DNA of 64,000 nt from Planctomycetota bacterium (GTDB taxonomy: Bacteria > Planctomycetota > MHYJ01 > JACPRB01). The stretch lies in the NCBI GenBank assembly GCA_016209705.1, contig JACQVR010000134.1, positions 64,194 through 128,193 on the forward strand. Direction: 5' to 3'. The notes beneath the pieces are model-generated. The model saw only the letters and a program-made list of their open reading frames with translations. It did not search any database and had not been told where the DNA came from. This document shows, piece by piece, positions 55,230 through 64,000 of this stretch; within the stretch, counting starts at the first letter, position 1, and every line of letters starts with the position of its first letter. Position numbers and translations under genes: made by a program.

Positions 55230-56078
55230 TCAGTTTCCTCCCTTCGTTTCCTCCACGACCAGGCGCCGGTAGCGCTCCATCAGAAGCCGCGTCAGCGCGC
55301 CCGGGCGCCCGGCGCCGATCTTCCGCGATTCCACGCGCGTCACGGGAACCAATTCGATCAGCGCGTTCGTGATGAACGCTTCCTCGGCGCGGTCAAGCTC
55401 CTTCAGATCCAGGCGGCGCTCGACCGTGCGAAGGCCCAATGAGCGGGCGATCTCGATGACGGCGGCGCGCGTCACGCCGGGCAGAATGGGCCCGAGCGAC
55501 GGCGTATGGAGCGCGCCGTCTTGAACGAGAAAGAGGTTGCTGGCGCATCCCTCCAGCAGCTCGCCGGAAAGCCCGATCAGGATCGTATCCGCGAAGCCGC
55601 CTTTCCAGGCCGCCTCGTGCCCGCGCACGTGTTCGAGATAGTTGAGCGTCTTGTGGCCGTGGAGCGGGACGCGGGGGTCGCGCCGCCATTCCGCGATCCG
55701 GACGCGCGCGCCGCGCGTGAGCCACGAGGGGGGAAGCGGTCGAAGCGGCCGCGCGCGGATCATGAAACGCGACGCGGCGGCCTCTTCGCCGCCCGTCAGG
55801 ACCAGGCGCAGGGACGCGTCCGGCCGGCGGCTCCGGACCAGGAGCTGCCGTGCCGCGCGCTCGATCGCGTCGTCGCCAAGGGGAAGCTTCAAGTCGAAGC
55901 GGCGCGCCGAACGTCGCATCCGGGCGAGATGCCGATCGATCCGGAACGGAACGCCTCCGTAAGCGCGCGTGACTTCGAAAAGGCCGTAGCCGTACTGGAC
56001 CGCGCGGTCAAGGGCGGGAACGAACGCGCGGTCGGCCCGCACGATGCGCCCGTCCAGCCAGACGAATTCGATGCTCAT
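55230..56078 (-). CDS. pabC: Class IV aminotransferase, probably aminodeoxychorismate lyase
   Basis: A 282-aa product with the class IV fold pattern (YGYGLFEVTRAY...). It lies in the same minus-strand operon as pabB. Confidence 0.6.
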   Translation of the reverse strand: MSIEFVWLDGRIVRADRAFVPALDRAVQYGYGLFEVTRAYGGVPFRIDRHLARMRRSARRFDLKLPLGDDAIERAARQLLVRSRRPDASLRLVLTGGEEAAASRFMIRARPLRPLPPSWLTRGARVRIAEWRRDPRVPLHGHKTLNYLEHVRGHEAAWKGGFADTILIGLSGELLEGCASNLFLVQDGALHTPSLGPILPGVTRAAVIEIARSLGLRTVERRLDLKELDRAEEAFITNALIELVPVTRVESRKIGAGRPGALTRLLMERYRRLVVEETKGGN

Positions 56079-56497
56079 GCGAACTCGATCACCCGAAGGC
56101 CCTCCGCGCGCGCCGCTTTGGCCTGCGGGCCGTCTCCCGTGACGAAGCGGATCTTGCGGGCGGACTCCCTGGCGAGGACCATGGCGGAAGCGATGTGGAC
56201 GGCGTCGATCCCCTTGAGCGCATGGTGCCGTACGAGCCGGACGGCCAGATCGATCTGTCCGATGTCCACGGGCACCAGATTGAAGTTTCTCAGATCCGTC
56301 CGGATCCGCTCCAGAAGCGCTTCCCGCATGCGGCGGTCGGATCCGGCCCGGCGCGTCACCGCCCCGGCGACTTCCGGCAGGAGCAGGACGGAGGCGAGGT
56401 GCGTTCGAGTTCGCGTCAGGAAATTATGGGCGCGTTCATGATCGGGTTCCCGCTCGACATAGGCCCGGACGAGAGCGCTCGTGTCCCAGAAGATCAT
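56075..56497 (-). CDS. vapC: Type II toxin-antitoxin system toxin, PIN domain
   Basis: The product begins MIFWDTSALVRAY..., carries the conserved PIN acidic residues, and is ~140 aa. Its start overlaps the antitoxin stop (ATGA) and its stop overlaps the pabC start. Confidence 0.7.
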   Translation of the reverse strand: MIFWDTSALVRAYVEREPDHERAHNFLTRTRTHLASVLLLPEVAGAVTRRAGSDRRMREALLERIRTDLRNFNLVPVDIGQIDLAVRLVRHHALKGIDAVHIASAMVLARESARKIRFVTGDGPQAKAARAEGLRVIEFA

Positions 56498-56778
56498 TCT
56501 CGGTCCGCGATGACCTGGTCCGACAACCCTTCGAGGGGAAAACCCTTGAAGGGCCGGATGCGCCCGCCTTGGCCGAGAATGAGCTTTCCTTCCGATGCGA
56601 GACGGCGAAGTTTCCACTCCAGCGCGGATTCACCGCGGATCCGGGTCGTGGCTTTTACGAGAACGGCTACGGGTTTGCCCCGGGATGTGACCAGCACCCG
56701 CTGGCCTTCCTCTACGGCCCTCAGCGCGCCGCCGAGGTTGGCTTGCAGTTCCCGAACGCCGTACGTCACGTAGCTCAT
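56494..56778 (-). CDS. Type II antitoxin (Phd/YefM-like)
   Basis: A 94-aa product (MSYVTYGVRELQANLGGALRAVEEGQRVLVTSRGKPVAVLV) lying directly upstream of vapC. Confidence 0.6.
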   Translation of the reverse strand: MSYVTYGVRELQANLGGALRAVEEGQRVLVTSRGKPVAVLVKATTRIRGESALEWKLRRLASEGKLILGQGGRIRPFKGFPLEGLSDQVIADRE

Positions 56779-56796
56779 GCATATGCAGTATATGCA
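56778..56796 (-). promoter_or_regulatory. Palindromic candidate operator abutting the antitoxin start
   Basis: TGCATATGCA is self-complementary and is followed by a GTATATGCA half-repeat. This is a typical position for TA autoregulation. Confidence 0.3.
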
Positions 56797-56831
56797 ACTC
56801 GACGCGCGAATCCAAGAAAATGCGATCGAGC

Positions 56832-58232
56832 TTAAGGATCCGTCGGCAGATCCAGCCCCAGGGCCCGCACGATGCCGGTCGCCTTGACCAGAGTCTCGTG
56901 GAACTCCTGCTCGGGATCGCTGTCGGCGACGATCCCCCCTCCGACCTGAAACCAGAGGTCCTCGCCGTGCCGCTCCACGATGCGGATGGCGATCGACAGC
57001 GCGACCCGTCCGTCGAATCCGATCCACCCGATCGCCCCCGTGTAGGCCGCGCGGCGCGTGGGCTCGATCTCGTCGATGATCTCCATGGCGCGGATCTTGG
57101 GCGCGCCGGTGATCGATCCTCCCGGAAACGTGGCGCGCAGCAGGTCGATCGCGTCCGCGTCGCGCCGGAGGCGGCCCTCGACGGTCGCCACGAGGTGATG
57201 GACGGTCGGATGCGTTTCGAGCGCTTTGGGCTGCGTCACCTTCACGCTGCCGAATTCGCACACGCGGCCGAGGTCGTTGCGCTCCAAGTCGACAATCATG
57301 GCCAGCTCAGCGTCGTCTTTGGGACTGGAAAGCAGCTCGGCCCGCAGGCGCTCGTCCTCCGCGGGATCCGCGCCGCGGGAGCGCGTTCCCTTGATCGGAC
57401 GCGTCACGACGTGCCGCTCCCGCGCGTGCAGGAAGAGCTCGGGAGAGGAACTGACCACGGCCCGCGCGCCCATCGATAGAAGGGCGGAGTAGGGGGCCGG
57501 GCTGGACGATCGGAGCCGCGCGTAGATGTCGAACGGGTCGAGCCGCATTCGGGCGTGAAAGCGTTGAGACAGGTTGACTTGATAAATATCGCCGGCGGCG
57601 ATGTATTCCCGGGCGCGCCGGACGGCGGCCAGGTACCCCTCGCGGGTGAAGTTGGACGCGACGGGCCGGTCACAGGCCCGCGGCGAGAGGGGCGGCCACG
57701 ATCCGAAATGCTCGTCGTACGCCCGCGGATCGATCGCGCGCGGTGGATCCCGCGGCGCCAGCTCGACCAGTCGTGCCCGGTTCGCGGCCCGGTCCAGCAC
57801 GAGCGCCCGATCATAGAAGGCCAGAAACAGGTCCGGGAAACCGCGATCATCCACGGCCTGGCGAGGGAGGGACTCGATCCTTCCGCCGAGATCATAGCCG
57901 AGATATCCCACCGCGCCGCCGGCGAAGGGCAGTCCCGTGTCGTCGTCCGAGACGGCGTGTTCCGCCAGCGCGGCGCGCAGAACCTCGAAGGGATCGCCCC
58001 GAAGCGTCCGCTTCCGGCCCGCGCGCCATTCCTCGATTCGATCGCCCTTGGCGATCCAGACCCGCGCCGGATTGGAGCCGAGAATCGTCCACGGCCGATC
58101 CGGCTGCGTCGGGTCGGTGTAGTCCAGGATGAACGGAAACGGTTGCCGCGCGAGGGTGGGCCAGATCGAAAGCGCGTCGCTCGGCAGCGTGACTCCCGCG
58201 GCGACGGGCCGGAACCGGAACGCAGAGGCCAT
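56832..58232 (-). CDS. pabB: Aminodeoxychorismate synthase component I (chorismate-binding enzyme)
   Basis: Chorismate-binding motifs are present (GDIYQVNLSQRF...PELFL...GSITGAPKIRAMEII...AYTGAIGW). Confidence 0.8.
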   Translation of the reverse strand: MASAFRFRPVAAGVTLPSDALSIWPTLARQPFPFILDYTDPTQPDRPWTILGSNPARVWIAKGDRIEEWRAGRKRTLRGDPFEVLRAALAEHAVSDDDTGLPFAGGAVGYLGYDLGGRIESLPRQAVDDRGFPDLFLAFYDRALVLDRAANRARLVELAPRDPPRAIDPRAYDEHFGSWPPLSPRACDRPVASNFTREGYLAAVRRAREYIAAGDIYQVNLSQRFHARMRLDPFDIYARLRSSSPAPYSALLSMGARAVVSSSPELFLHARERHVVTRPIKGTRSRGADPAEDERLRAELLSSPKDDAELAMIVDLERNDLGRVCEFGSVKVTQPKALETHPTVHHLVATVEGRLRRDADAIDLLRATFPGGSITGAPKIRAMEIIDEIEPTRRAAYTGAIGWIGFDGRVALSIAIRIVERHGEDLWFQVGGGIVADSDPEQEFHETLVKATGIVRALGLDLPTDP

Positions 58233-58294
58233 GTTACAATAAGTTTTGAAAATTATTTGTAACGTTACGATTAATTCTCAAAACTTATTGTAAC
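58233..58294. repeat. Two tandem 31-nt palindromic units (GTTACAATAAGTTTTGAAAATTATTTGTAAC and GTTACGATTAATTCTCAAAACTTATTGTAAC)
   Basis: The pair begins one base after the pabB start codon and ends at the TAG stop of rocA. Confidence 0.65.
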
Positions 58295-59922
58295 TACTTC
58301 TTGCCGGCCCTGGCCGCGGATTTCCTGGCGGGGGAGAAGCGGGGGGACGGCGACTCGGGCGGCGGGCCGGCGACTTTCTGGCTGATCGTCTTGGCCTGCA
58401 TGAACAGCAGCAGGTAATCGCGGCCGCCGGCCTTGGAGTCCGTGCCGCTCATGTTGAATCCGCCGAACGGATGGACGCCGACCATGGCGCCGGTGCACTT
58501 GCGGTTGATGTACAGGTTGCCGCAGTGGAACTCGCGCATCGCCCGCTCGATCCGCTCCGGGCGGTTGGAGTAAACGGCGCCGGTCAGCCCGTACTCGGTG
58601 GCGTTGGCGATGCGCAGCGCGTCGCCGAAATCCTTCGCCTTGATCACGGAGAGCAGCGGGCCGAAGATTTCTTCGGTCGCGATGCGGGCCTTTTCGGACA
58701 CGTTGGCGACGACGGTCGGGGGGATGAAATACCCGTCCCCTTTCTCCTTCGATGGCCGGCCGCCGAGGACGATTTTGCCTTCCTTCTTGGCGATGTCGAT
58801 GTAGCCGAGGACCTTCCGATACTGGCTCTCGTCCGCCACGGGTCCCATCTGGCAGTCCAAACTGCGAACGTCGCCGACCTTGAGTTGCCCGGCCTTCTTG
58901 ACGACCAGATCCAGCAGTTTCTCGTAGTTCCGTTCGGTGACGATGAGGCGCGAACACGCCGAACACTTCTGGCCCTGGAAGCCGAACGCCGATTGCACCG
59001 CGCCGTCCGCGGCCGCTTCGAGATCCGCGTCGTCGTCCACGACGATGGCGTCCTTGCCGCCCATCTCGGCCACGACGCGCTTGAGCCACTTCTGGCCCGA
59101 CTGCACTTTCGCGGCCCGTTCGTAGATGCGCACTCCGACGTCGCGGGACCCGGTGAAGGCGACGAAGCGGGTCAGCGGCGAGTCGACGAGATAATCGCCC
59201 ACCTCGGAGCCGGCGCAGGGCACGTAATGGAGCACGCCGTCGGGGATTCCACCGCTGATCAGCACCTCGAACACCTTGTAGGCCGTGAGCGGCGTGACGC
59301 TCGCGGGTTTCATGAGCACGGTGTTTCCCGTGACCAGGGCCGCGGAGGTCATGCCGGTCAGGATGGCGTTGGGAAAGTTCCACGGCGCGATCACCACGCC
59401 GACGCCCAGCGGGATGTACTCCAGGCGGTTCTTTTCACCGGGGAGGCGAGCCAGCGGCTGCTCTTCGGCATACCGCAGCATCTCGCGCCCGTAGAACTCG
59501 AGGAAGTCGATCGCCTCGGCGGTGTCCCCGTCCGCTTCCGCCCACGACTTCCCGACTTCGAGCACCATGGTGGCGTTGAACTCGTATCGCCGCCGGCGCA
59601 TGCCCTCGGCGGCCTTGAACAGGCATTCCGCGCGCTTCGCCGCGGGCACCTGCTTCCACGATTCGAACGCCTGCGTGGCGACTTTCAGGGCGCGTTCCGC
59701 CAGCGACTTGTCCGCCCGGCTCACCACCGCCAGGACTTCCTTCGGCGCCGAGGGGTTCGTGGACTGGATCTGATGCTTCGTCTTGATGCGGTCGCCGCCG
59801 ATGACGACCGGGATTTCACGCCCTCCCTCGCGCTGCACGGCGGCGATCGCGGCCTCCATGGAACGGCGCACATCCGGCTTGGCAAAGTCGAGGAGCGGCT
59901 CGTTTTTGAACTCGGAGACCAT
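58294..59922 (-). CDS. rocA: L-glutamate gamma-semialdehyde (1-pyrroline-5-carboxylate) dehydrogenase
   Basis: Strong similarity along its length to RocA/PruA (EAIDFLEFYGREML, KVQSGQKWLKRVVAEMGGKDAIVVD, GNLYINRKCTGAMVGVHPFGGFNMSGTDSKAGG). The start is at MVSEF with a GGGAGG ribosome-binding site. Confidence 0.85.
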   Translation of the reverse strand: MVSEFKNEPLLDFAKPDVRRSMEAAIAAVQREGGREIPVVIGGDRIKTKHQIQSTNPSAPKEVLAVVSRADKSLAERALKVATQAFESWKQVPAAKRAECLFKAAEGMRRRRYEFNATMVLEVGKSWAEADGDTAEAIDFLEFYGREMLRYAEEQPLARLPGEKNRLEYIPLGVGVVIAPWNFPNAILTGMTSAALVTGNTVLMKPASVTPLTAYKVFEVLISGGIPDGVLHYVPCAGSEVGDYLVDSPLTRFVAFTGSRDVGVRIYERAAKVQSGQKWLKRVVAEMGGKDAIVVDDDADLEAAADGAVQSAFGFQGQKCSACSRLIVTERNYEKLLDLVVKKAGQLKVGDVRSLDCQMGPVADESQYRKVLGYIDIAKKEGKIVLGGRPSKEKGDGYFIPPTVVANVSEKARIATEEIFGPLLSVIKAKDFGDALRIANATEYGLTGAVYSNRPERIERAMREFHCGNLYINRKCTGAMVGVHPFGGFNMSGTDSKAGGRDYLLLFMQAKTISQKVAGPPPESPSPRFSPARKSAARAGKK

Positions 59923-59979
59923 GATGCCTCCCGGGGGAAGGGCCTTAGGGTACAATGAAATTTTCCAGGGTCAAGGAGA

Positions 59980-60732
59980 ATGAAAAAGTCGCTTTCCAGG
60001 GCGCCGGGACGCCCCTACAATGCGCCGGCGATGAGCTTTCAGGCCGCCCGCGCAACGCCGCGGAACCGCCCGGTGATCACGCTCGACGGACCGGCCGGAG
60101 CGGGGAAAACCACGGTCGCCAAGCGCCTGGCTCAAGCACTGGGATTCCGATTTCTCGATACCGGCTCCATGTATCGCGCCTGTACGTGGAAGGCGCTGGA
60201 AGAGGGCGTGGATGTGCGCGATCCGGCCGCGCTCGTCGATATGATCCGCCGCTCCCGACTGGAGCTCGACGGCGACCGCATTCGGATAGACGGTCGCGAC
60301 ATCACCGAGGCCGTCCGATCCGAGCGGATCACCCGCGCCGCCGCTTTCCTCGCGGATCCGCCGGAAGTTCGGACGGAACTCGTTCGCCGCCAGCGCGACT
60401 TCGGACAGGCGGGCGGACTCGTGACCGAAGGGCGGGATCAGGGTTCGGTCGTCTTTCCGGACGCCGAGCACAAGTTCTACCTGGATGCCTCCATCGACGT
60501 CCGGGCGCGGCGCCGCCATCGGGAGTTGACGGAACGGGGCGAACGCGTCGATTATGAGGAAGTCCGCCGCGGGATCGCCGAACGGGACGAGAAGGACCGC
60601 ACGCGTTCCGTGGGAGCCTTGCGAAAACCCGCGGACGCGGTCGTGATCGATACGTCGTCGCTTTCCATCGATGAAGTCGTGTCGAACCTGCTCGCGCGCC
60701 TTGGGACCGGAAGGGCGGGTTCCAACGCATGA
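59980..60732 (+). CDS. cmk: Cytidylate kinase
   Basis: PVITLDGPAGAGKTTVAKRLAQALGFRFLDTGSMYRA... and KFYLDASIDVRARRR match Cmk. An alternative start at 60031 (MSFQ) is possible. Confidence 0.85.
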   Translation: MKKSLSRAPGRPYNAPAMSFQAARATPRNRPVITLDGPAGAGKTTVAKRLAQALGFRFLDTGSMYRACTWKALEEGVDVRDPAALVDMIRRSRLELDGDRIRIDGRDITEAVRSERITRAAAFLADPPEVRTELVRRQRDFGQAGGLVTEGRDQGSVVFPDAEHKFYLDASIDVRARRRHRELTERGERVDYEEVRRGIAERDEKDRTRSVGALRKPADAVVIDTSSLSIDEVVSNLLARLGTGRAGSNA

Positions 60733-63700
60733 AGGGAGTTCGCTTTCGCCACATACGCTGGCTCCTCGCGGGCGTGGGTCTCCTGGTCGCGGTTTCGGCC
60801 GGGGCCTACGCCGGGCGCTGGGCGCTCCTGGAATCCAAAGTGCGCCGGGAGCTTCGAACGCTGGCGACCGACCTCTTCCAGGCGGACGATGTTCAAGCCC
60901 GCGTCCTCCAGGGGACGCTCGTTTCCTCGCTCGAAGCGCGAGACGTGGTGATCCGTCCGGGACGCGAGTCGTTTTTCCGCGAGTTCACCGTCCGAGAGCT
61001 TCGCGTCCGGTACGGACCTTTCGGAACGTCCGCGCTGGAGGTCTTCATTTCCGGCGCGCGTCTTGCGCTGGCTCCCTCCGAAGGTCCTTCTCCTCCCGTT
61101 CACGAGATCGTCCGGTCCTTTCTCTCCGGCGCGCGCGACGCTCGATTTCCGGGCCGGCTGGAAGCGCGAGATTCCGTCGTGACGTTGGCCGACGGCGCCC
61201 GCATCGATTTGATTCACGCGGTGTGGGCGGCGGAATCGGGCGCGGCGCACGTTCGGACCGAGGCGTTCGGAGACGTTCACGTCTCGGTGACGTTCGACCG
61301 GAACGAGCGGTTGGACGTGTTCGCCACGGCGAGCGGAGGCCCGGTTCGCTCCGCGAGCGTTTATCTCGGGGGCGGCCCGACGTCCGCGCGTCCGTTGAGG
61401 ATCGACGCCGAGACGTCCCACGGCAGGATCTCATGGTCCGGCGAGGCGATCGTGGATGCGCGGGGGTTCCTGGATCGCGTCACGGGACGCCTGCGATGGA
61501 AGGGCATCACGGCGCGCACGGACGCCGAACTGATCTCGGGAGACGTTTCCTGCGACGTCGAGGGTGAATTTCAAATTCGCGAGGAGGATGTCTCGGCGGC
61601 CGTCTCGGTCCGGGCGCGGGCGCGAGGTCCGCTCGGCGGTCCTCCGGAGGATTGGATGATTCAAGAGGCGGCTCTCCGCTCCACCGACGGCGTCTTTCGC
61701 GGCATGCCGTTCGACGAAGTCGCGGTGTCCGCCGAATCCGGCCCCGCATCGAGGTTTCCCGTTCGCCTGCGGGTGAAGCGGAACGGCGACCGCGTGGAGG
61801 CGGAGGGACAGGCGGGCTGGCGCAAAGATCTGGAATTCGACCTCGATGTGGAGGCCGCCATCAAAGACGGACATCCCTACGTCGCCTTGTGGGACACGGA
61901 TCTCGACGTGCGCGGAACGGATGTGAGACTGGAGGGTTGGCTGCGGCGGCGCGGCGGCCGGTTTGAAGGCGGCGCGTCGATCCTCGGAGGGGCGGGTGAG
62001 GCGTTCGGCCTTGCATGGGACGCGCTTCGAGTGGAGGGAGCGTTCTCCTCGGACCACGCGGAAATCGTCCGGCTGGATCTCTCGGGCCGTCAATGGCCGG
62101 ACCCCGTGATCGTCTGGGCCAAGGGAGATTTCCGGGACGGGCGCCTCCGGAACGCGGAGGCTCGGCTCGAAGTCGGTGGGGATCGGCTCCATGGAGCCGC
62201 CTTATTATCGGCCGCGGACGAGTTCGAAGCCCGCTTCCGTTTTGATGGAGGTCTGACGTGGCTCGGACTCCCCACATCGGAACGCCCGATGCGAATTGAA
62301 GGCACGGCCTCGGGATCGAGGGAGCGTTTTCGCGTGCGGGCGGACACGACGTTCGGACGGCTCGACGCGGCGGTTCAACGGCACGCCGAAGCGTGGAACG
62401 TGGAGGTCGAACCGTCGACGCTGTCGGTTTCGGAGCATGAGCGCCTCGATCTGGGACGGGTGCGTCTTGAATGGCGGCCGGGCTCGTTCCGGCTGGACGA
62501 GGTCGAACTCTCTTCGAAACGCCGCGAGGCCGCCTTGAAGCTGCGCGGGGGCGCGACGTGGACGGAGCGTGAAGTTCAAGCGCGTCTCGAAGGACTCGAG
62601 GCGCGCGTTCGGAGTCGGGAGATCGATGGATTCACCCTGGACGTTTCCATGATCCGGAGCTCCGGGCTCTTCACGGTGAACTTTCAATGGGGGCGTGACG
62701 AAGGAGACTTCGCGCGGTTTTCCGGAACGTGGGGAGATTCGGTGGATCTCCGCTTCCAGGCCAGGGTCCGCAACGTCGATTCGCCGGTGGTGTGCGAGTT
62801 CGTTCCGGAATGGCCGGCGCGGGGGTCATTGAATGTGGATGCGCGGGTGAGCGGCGCTCCGGGAGGGCCTGACGTGACCGGCGCGCTGGACCTCGGCGAT
62901 GTTGAGATATCGGGGACGCCGATCGGAAGCCTTCACATACCGATCTCCTCGGAAAGCGGCGCGCTCGTGATTCCGGAGCGAACGCACCAGACTTTGAAAG
63001 GGCCGCTGACGTTCGCCGCCCGGATCCCCTGGAGCCGGGCGGACTCCGCGCCGGCGGGGGCCCATGTGGAGGGGCCGATGTCCAGCGCATGGATCTCATT
63101 GCTCCCGGAGGACGTTCGTCCCTGGGTACCCCCGGGGCATGCGCGCGTGGTCGCCTCGGCAAAAGCCGACTTCTCGGACTGGAAGGTGGCGCTTTCGTAC
63201 GCCGGCGATCGCCACGAGTTCCCCGCGCCGCTGGGATCCTTGGCGGAGTTTCGCCTGGAGGCGGAGCTCGACGCGACCCGCCTGCGGATCGCCTCGCTGA
63301 CGGCGAAGTTGGGGCAAGGACCGTTGAAGGCGGAGGGATGGATCGGCGTGTGGGGCGAGGGGCTGCCCCTCATGATTTCAATCAAGGGGCGAGATCTTTT
63401 GGTCGTGCAGGGCGATTTGGTCCGGGTCCGGATCGATCCCGACGTGGTGCTCACCCACGTCGAAGGGGGCCCGTTCAAGGTGGCCGGGAAAGTGGAGATC
63501 CCGCTGGTGCTTTACTATGCGGAATTCGCGCCCGCGGCGGCCACCGGAAGAAAGACGTCGGAAAGACTGCTGCCGCCGGGACTGCGCTTGATGGGCGCGG
63601 AGACGGGCGGGTTCGTGATCACGGGCCTCGAGGGAATGGAGCGGGTGGAACTCGATCTGGAGGCCGTGAGCACGGGTGAAGTCCGCATCCAGAACAGCGT

Positions 63701-64000
63701 CGTCGGCGCCCTGTTGAAAGCGCGCCTTCGCTGCCGCGGCACGGGGGCGGAACCCATCGTCAGCGGGACGATCGAGGCGCGGCGAGGCGAAGTGCGCCTG
63801 ACGACCGGGCTTTTCATTCGCATCGTGTCGGGCCAGGTGGACCTTCCGAGTGAACCGTCGAAGGAACCCTCGGTGCTCTTCGAAGGTCAGGTCGGACGGG
63901 GCGCCGAATCCATCACGATTCTGATGACCGGATCGCTGGAGCGGCCCAACCTAACGTTGCATTCCGATCCGCCCAAAAGCCAGGAAGAGCTGCTCGCGCA
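60729..64000 (+). CDS. TamB/AsmA-like translocation-and-assembly-module protein (DUF490); the 3' end lies outside the window
   Basis: The ATG overlaps the cmk stop (ATGA). An N-terminal TM anchor (WLLAGVGLLVAVSAGAYA) is followed by a long, beta-rich, Gly/Arg-rich open frame that continues to the window edge. This ORF is absent from the six-frame track, presumably because it has no stop codon in the window. Confidence 0.6.
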   Translation, partial: MKGVRFRHIRWLLAGVGLLVAVSAGAYAGRWALLESKVRRELRTLATDLFQADDVQARVLQGTLVSSLEARDVVIRPGRESFFREFTVRELRVRYGPFGTSALEVFISGARLALAPSEGPSPPVHEIVRSFLSGARDARFPGRLEARDSVVTLADGARIDLIHAVWAAESGAAHVRTEAFGDVHVSVTFDRNERLDVFATASGGPVRSASVYLGGGPTSARPLRIDAETSHGRISWSGEAIVDARGFLDRVTGRLRWKGITARTDAELISGDVSCDVEGEFQIREEDVSAAVSVRARARGPLGGPPEDWMIQEAALRSTDGVFRGMPFDEVAVSAESGPASRFPVRLRVKRNGDRVEAEGQAGWRKDLEFDLDVEAAIKDGHPYVALWDTDLDVRGTDVRLEGWLRRRGGRFEGGASILGGAGEAFGLAWDALRVEGAFSSDHAEIVRLDLSGRQWPDPVIVWAKGDFRDGRLRNAEARLEVGGDRLHGAALLSAADEFEARFRFDGGLTWLGLPTSERPMRIEGTASGSRERFRVRADTTFGRLDAAVQRHAEAWNVEVEPSTLSVSEHERLDLGRVRLEWRPGSFRLDEVELSSKRREAALKLRGGATWTEREVQARLEGLEARVRSREIDGFTLDVSMIRSSGLFTVNFQWGRDEGDFARFSGTWGDSVDLRFQARVRNVDSPVVCEFVPEWPARGSLNVDARVSGAPGGPDVTGALDLGDVEISGTPIGSLHIPISSESGALVIPERTHQTLKGPLTFAARIPWSRADSAPAGAHVEGPMSSAWISLLPEDVRPWVPPGHARVVASAKADFSDWKVALSYAGDRHEFPAPLGSLAEFRLEAELDATRLRIASLTAKLGQGPLKAEGWIGVWGEGLPLMISIKGRDLLVVQGDLVRVRIDPDVVLTHVEGGPFKVAGKVEIPLVLYYAEFAPAAATGRKTSERLLPPGLRLMGAETGGFVITGLEGMERVELDLEAVSTGEVRIQNSVVGALLKARLRCRGTGAEPIVSGTIEARRGEVRLTTGLFIRIVSGQVDLPSEPSKEPSVLFEGQVGRGAESITILMTGSLERPNLTLHSDPPKSQEELLA

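Noticed and set aside
60671-61567. 298-aa plus-strand ORF
   Set aside because: It is out of frame with the long open frame starting at 60729 (TamB-like), which continues to the window edge, and its translation is Arg/Gly-rich.

Overview
High-GC (~67%) bacterial chromosomal window, likely from a Gram-negative lineage with exosortase/PEP-CTERM biology; the phylum cannot be fixed from sequence alone. In order it contains: the end of a type IV pilus/T2SS module (PilB/GspE C-terminus, PilC/GspF) with an orphan PilS-like sensor kinase; two tandem REC-DUF4388 response-regulator paralogs; an outer-membrane beta-barrel protein; a molybdopterin oxidoreductase; an IS256-family element inserted beside an ISAzo13-family transposase remnant; a ~30 kb exosortase/PEP-CTERM-type exopolysaccharide locus (GT2/GT4 glycosyltransferases, GNAT and FemAB-like acyltransferases, polysaccharide deacetylase, Wzy, Wzx, a WecB/TagA–double-STAS fusion, Wzc, Wza, XrtA–EpsI exosortase fusion, PrsT TPR lipoprotein, a PEP-CTERM protein, three paralogous Zn-ribbon C-methyltransferases, RfbF, an SDR epimerase/dehydratase, an LhgO-like FAD oxidase, and the priming sugar transferase); a sulfur-relay operon (three DsrE/F/H-like proteins plus a persulfide-dioxygenase–rhodanese fusion); a SET-domain protein; tRNA-Met(CAT); a large WD40 protein; an RNase P RNA gene with three expanded hairpins sharing one basal stem sequence; an ECF sigma/anti-sigma pair followed by a catalytically dead HtrA paralog and a canonical HtrA; a pabB–vapBC–pabC operon; rocA; cmk; and the start of tamB. 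Two intergenic palindromic repeat families (a 31-nt GTTAC...GTAAC unit in 7 copies and a ~78-nt GCCAAAGCGCC hairpin in 3 copies) and a CACGGAG-rich leader motif recur across the window. All calls come from reading the sequence and the supplied six-frame track; no database searches were run.
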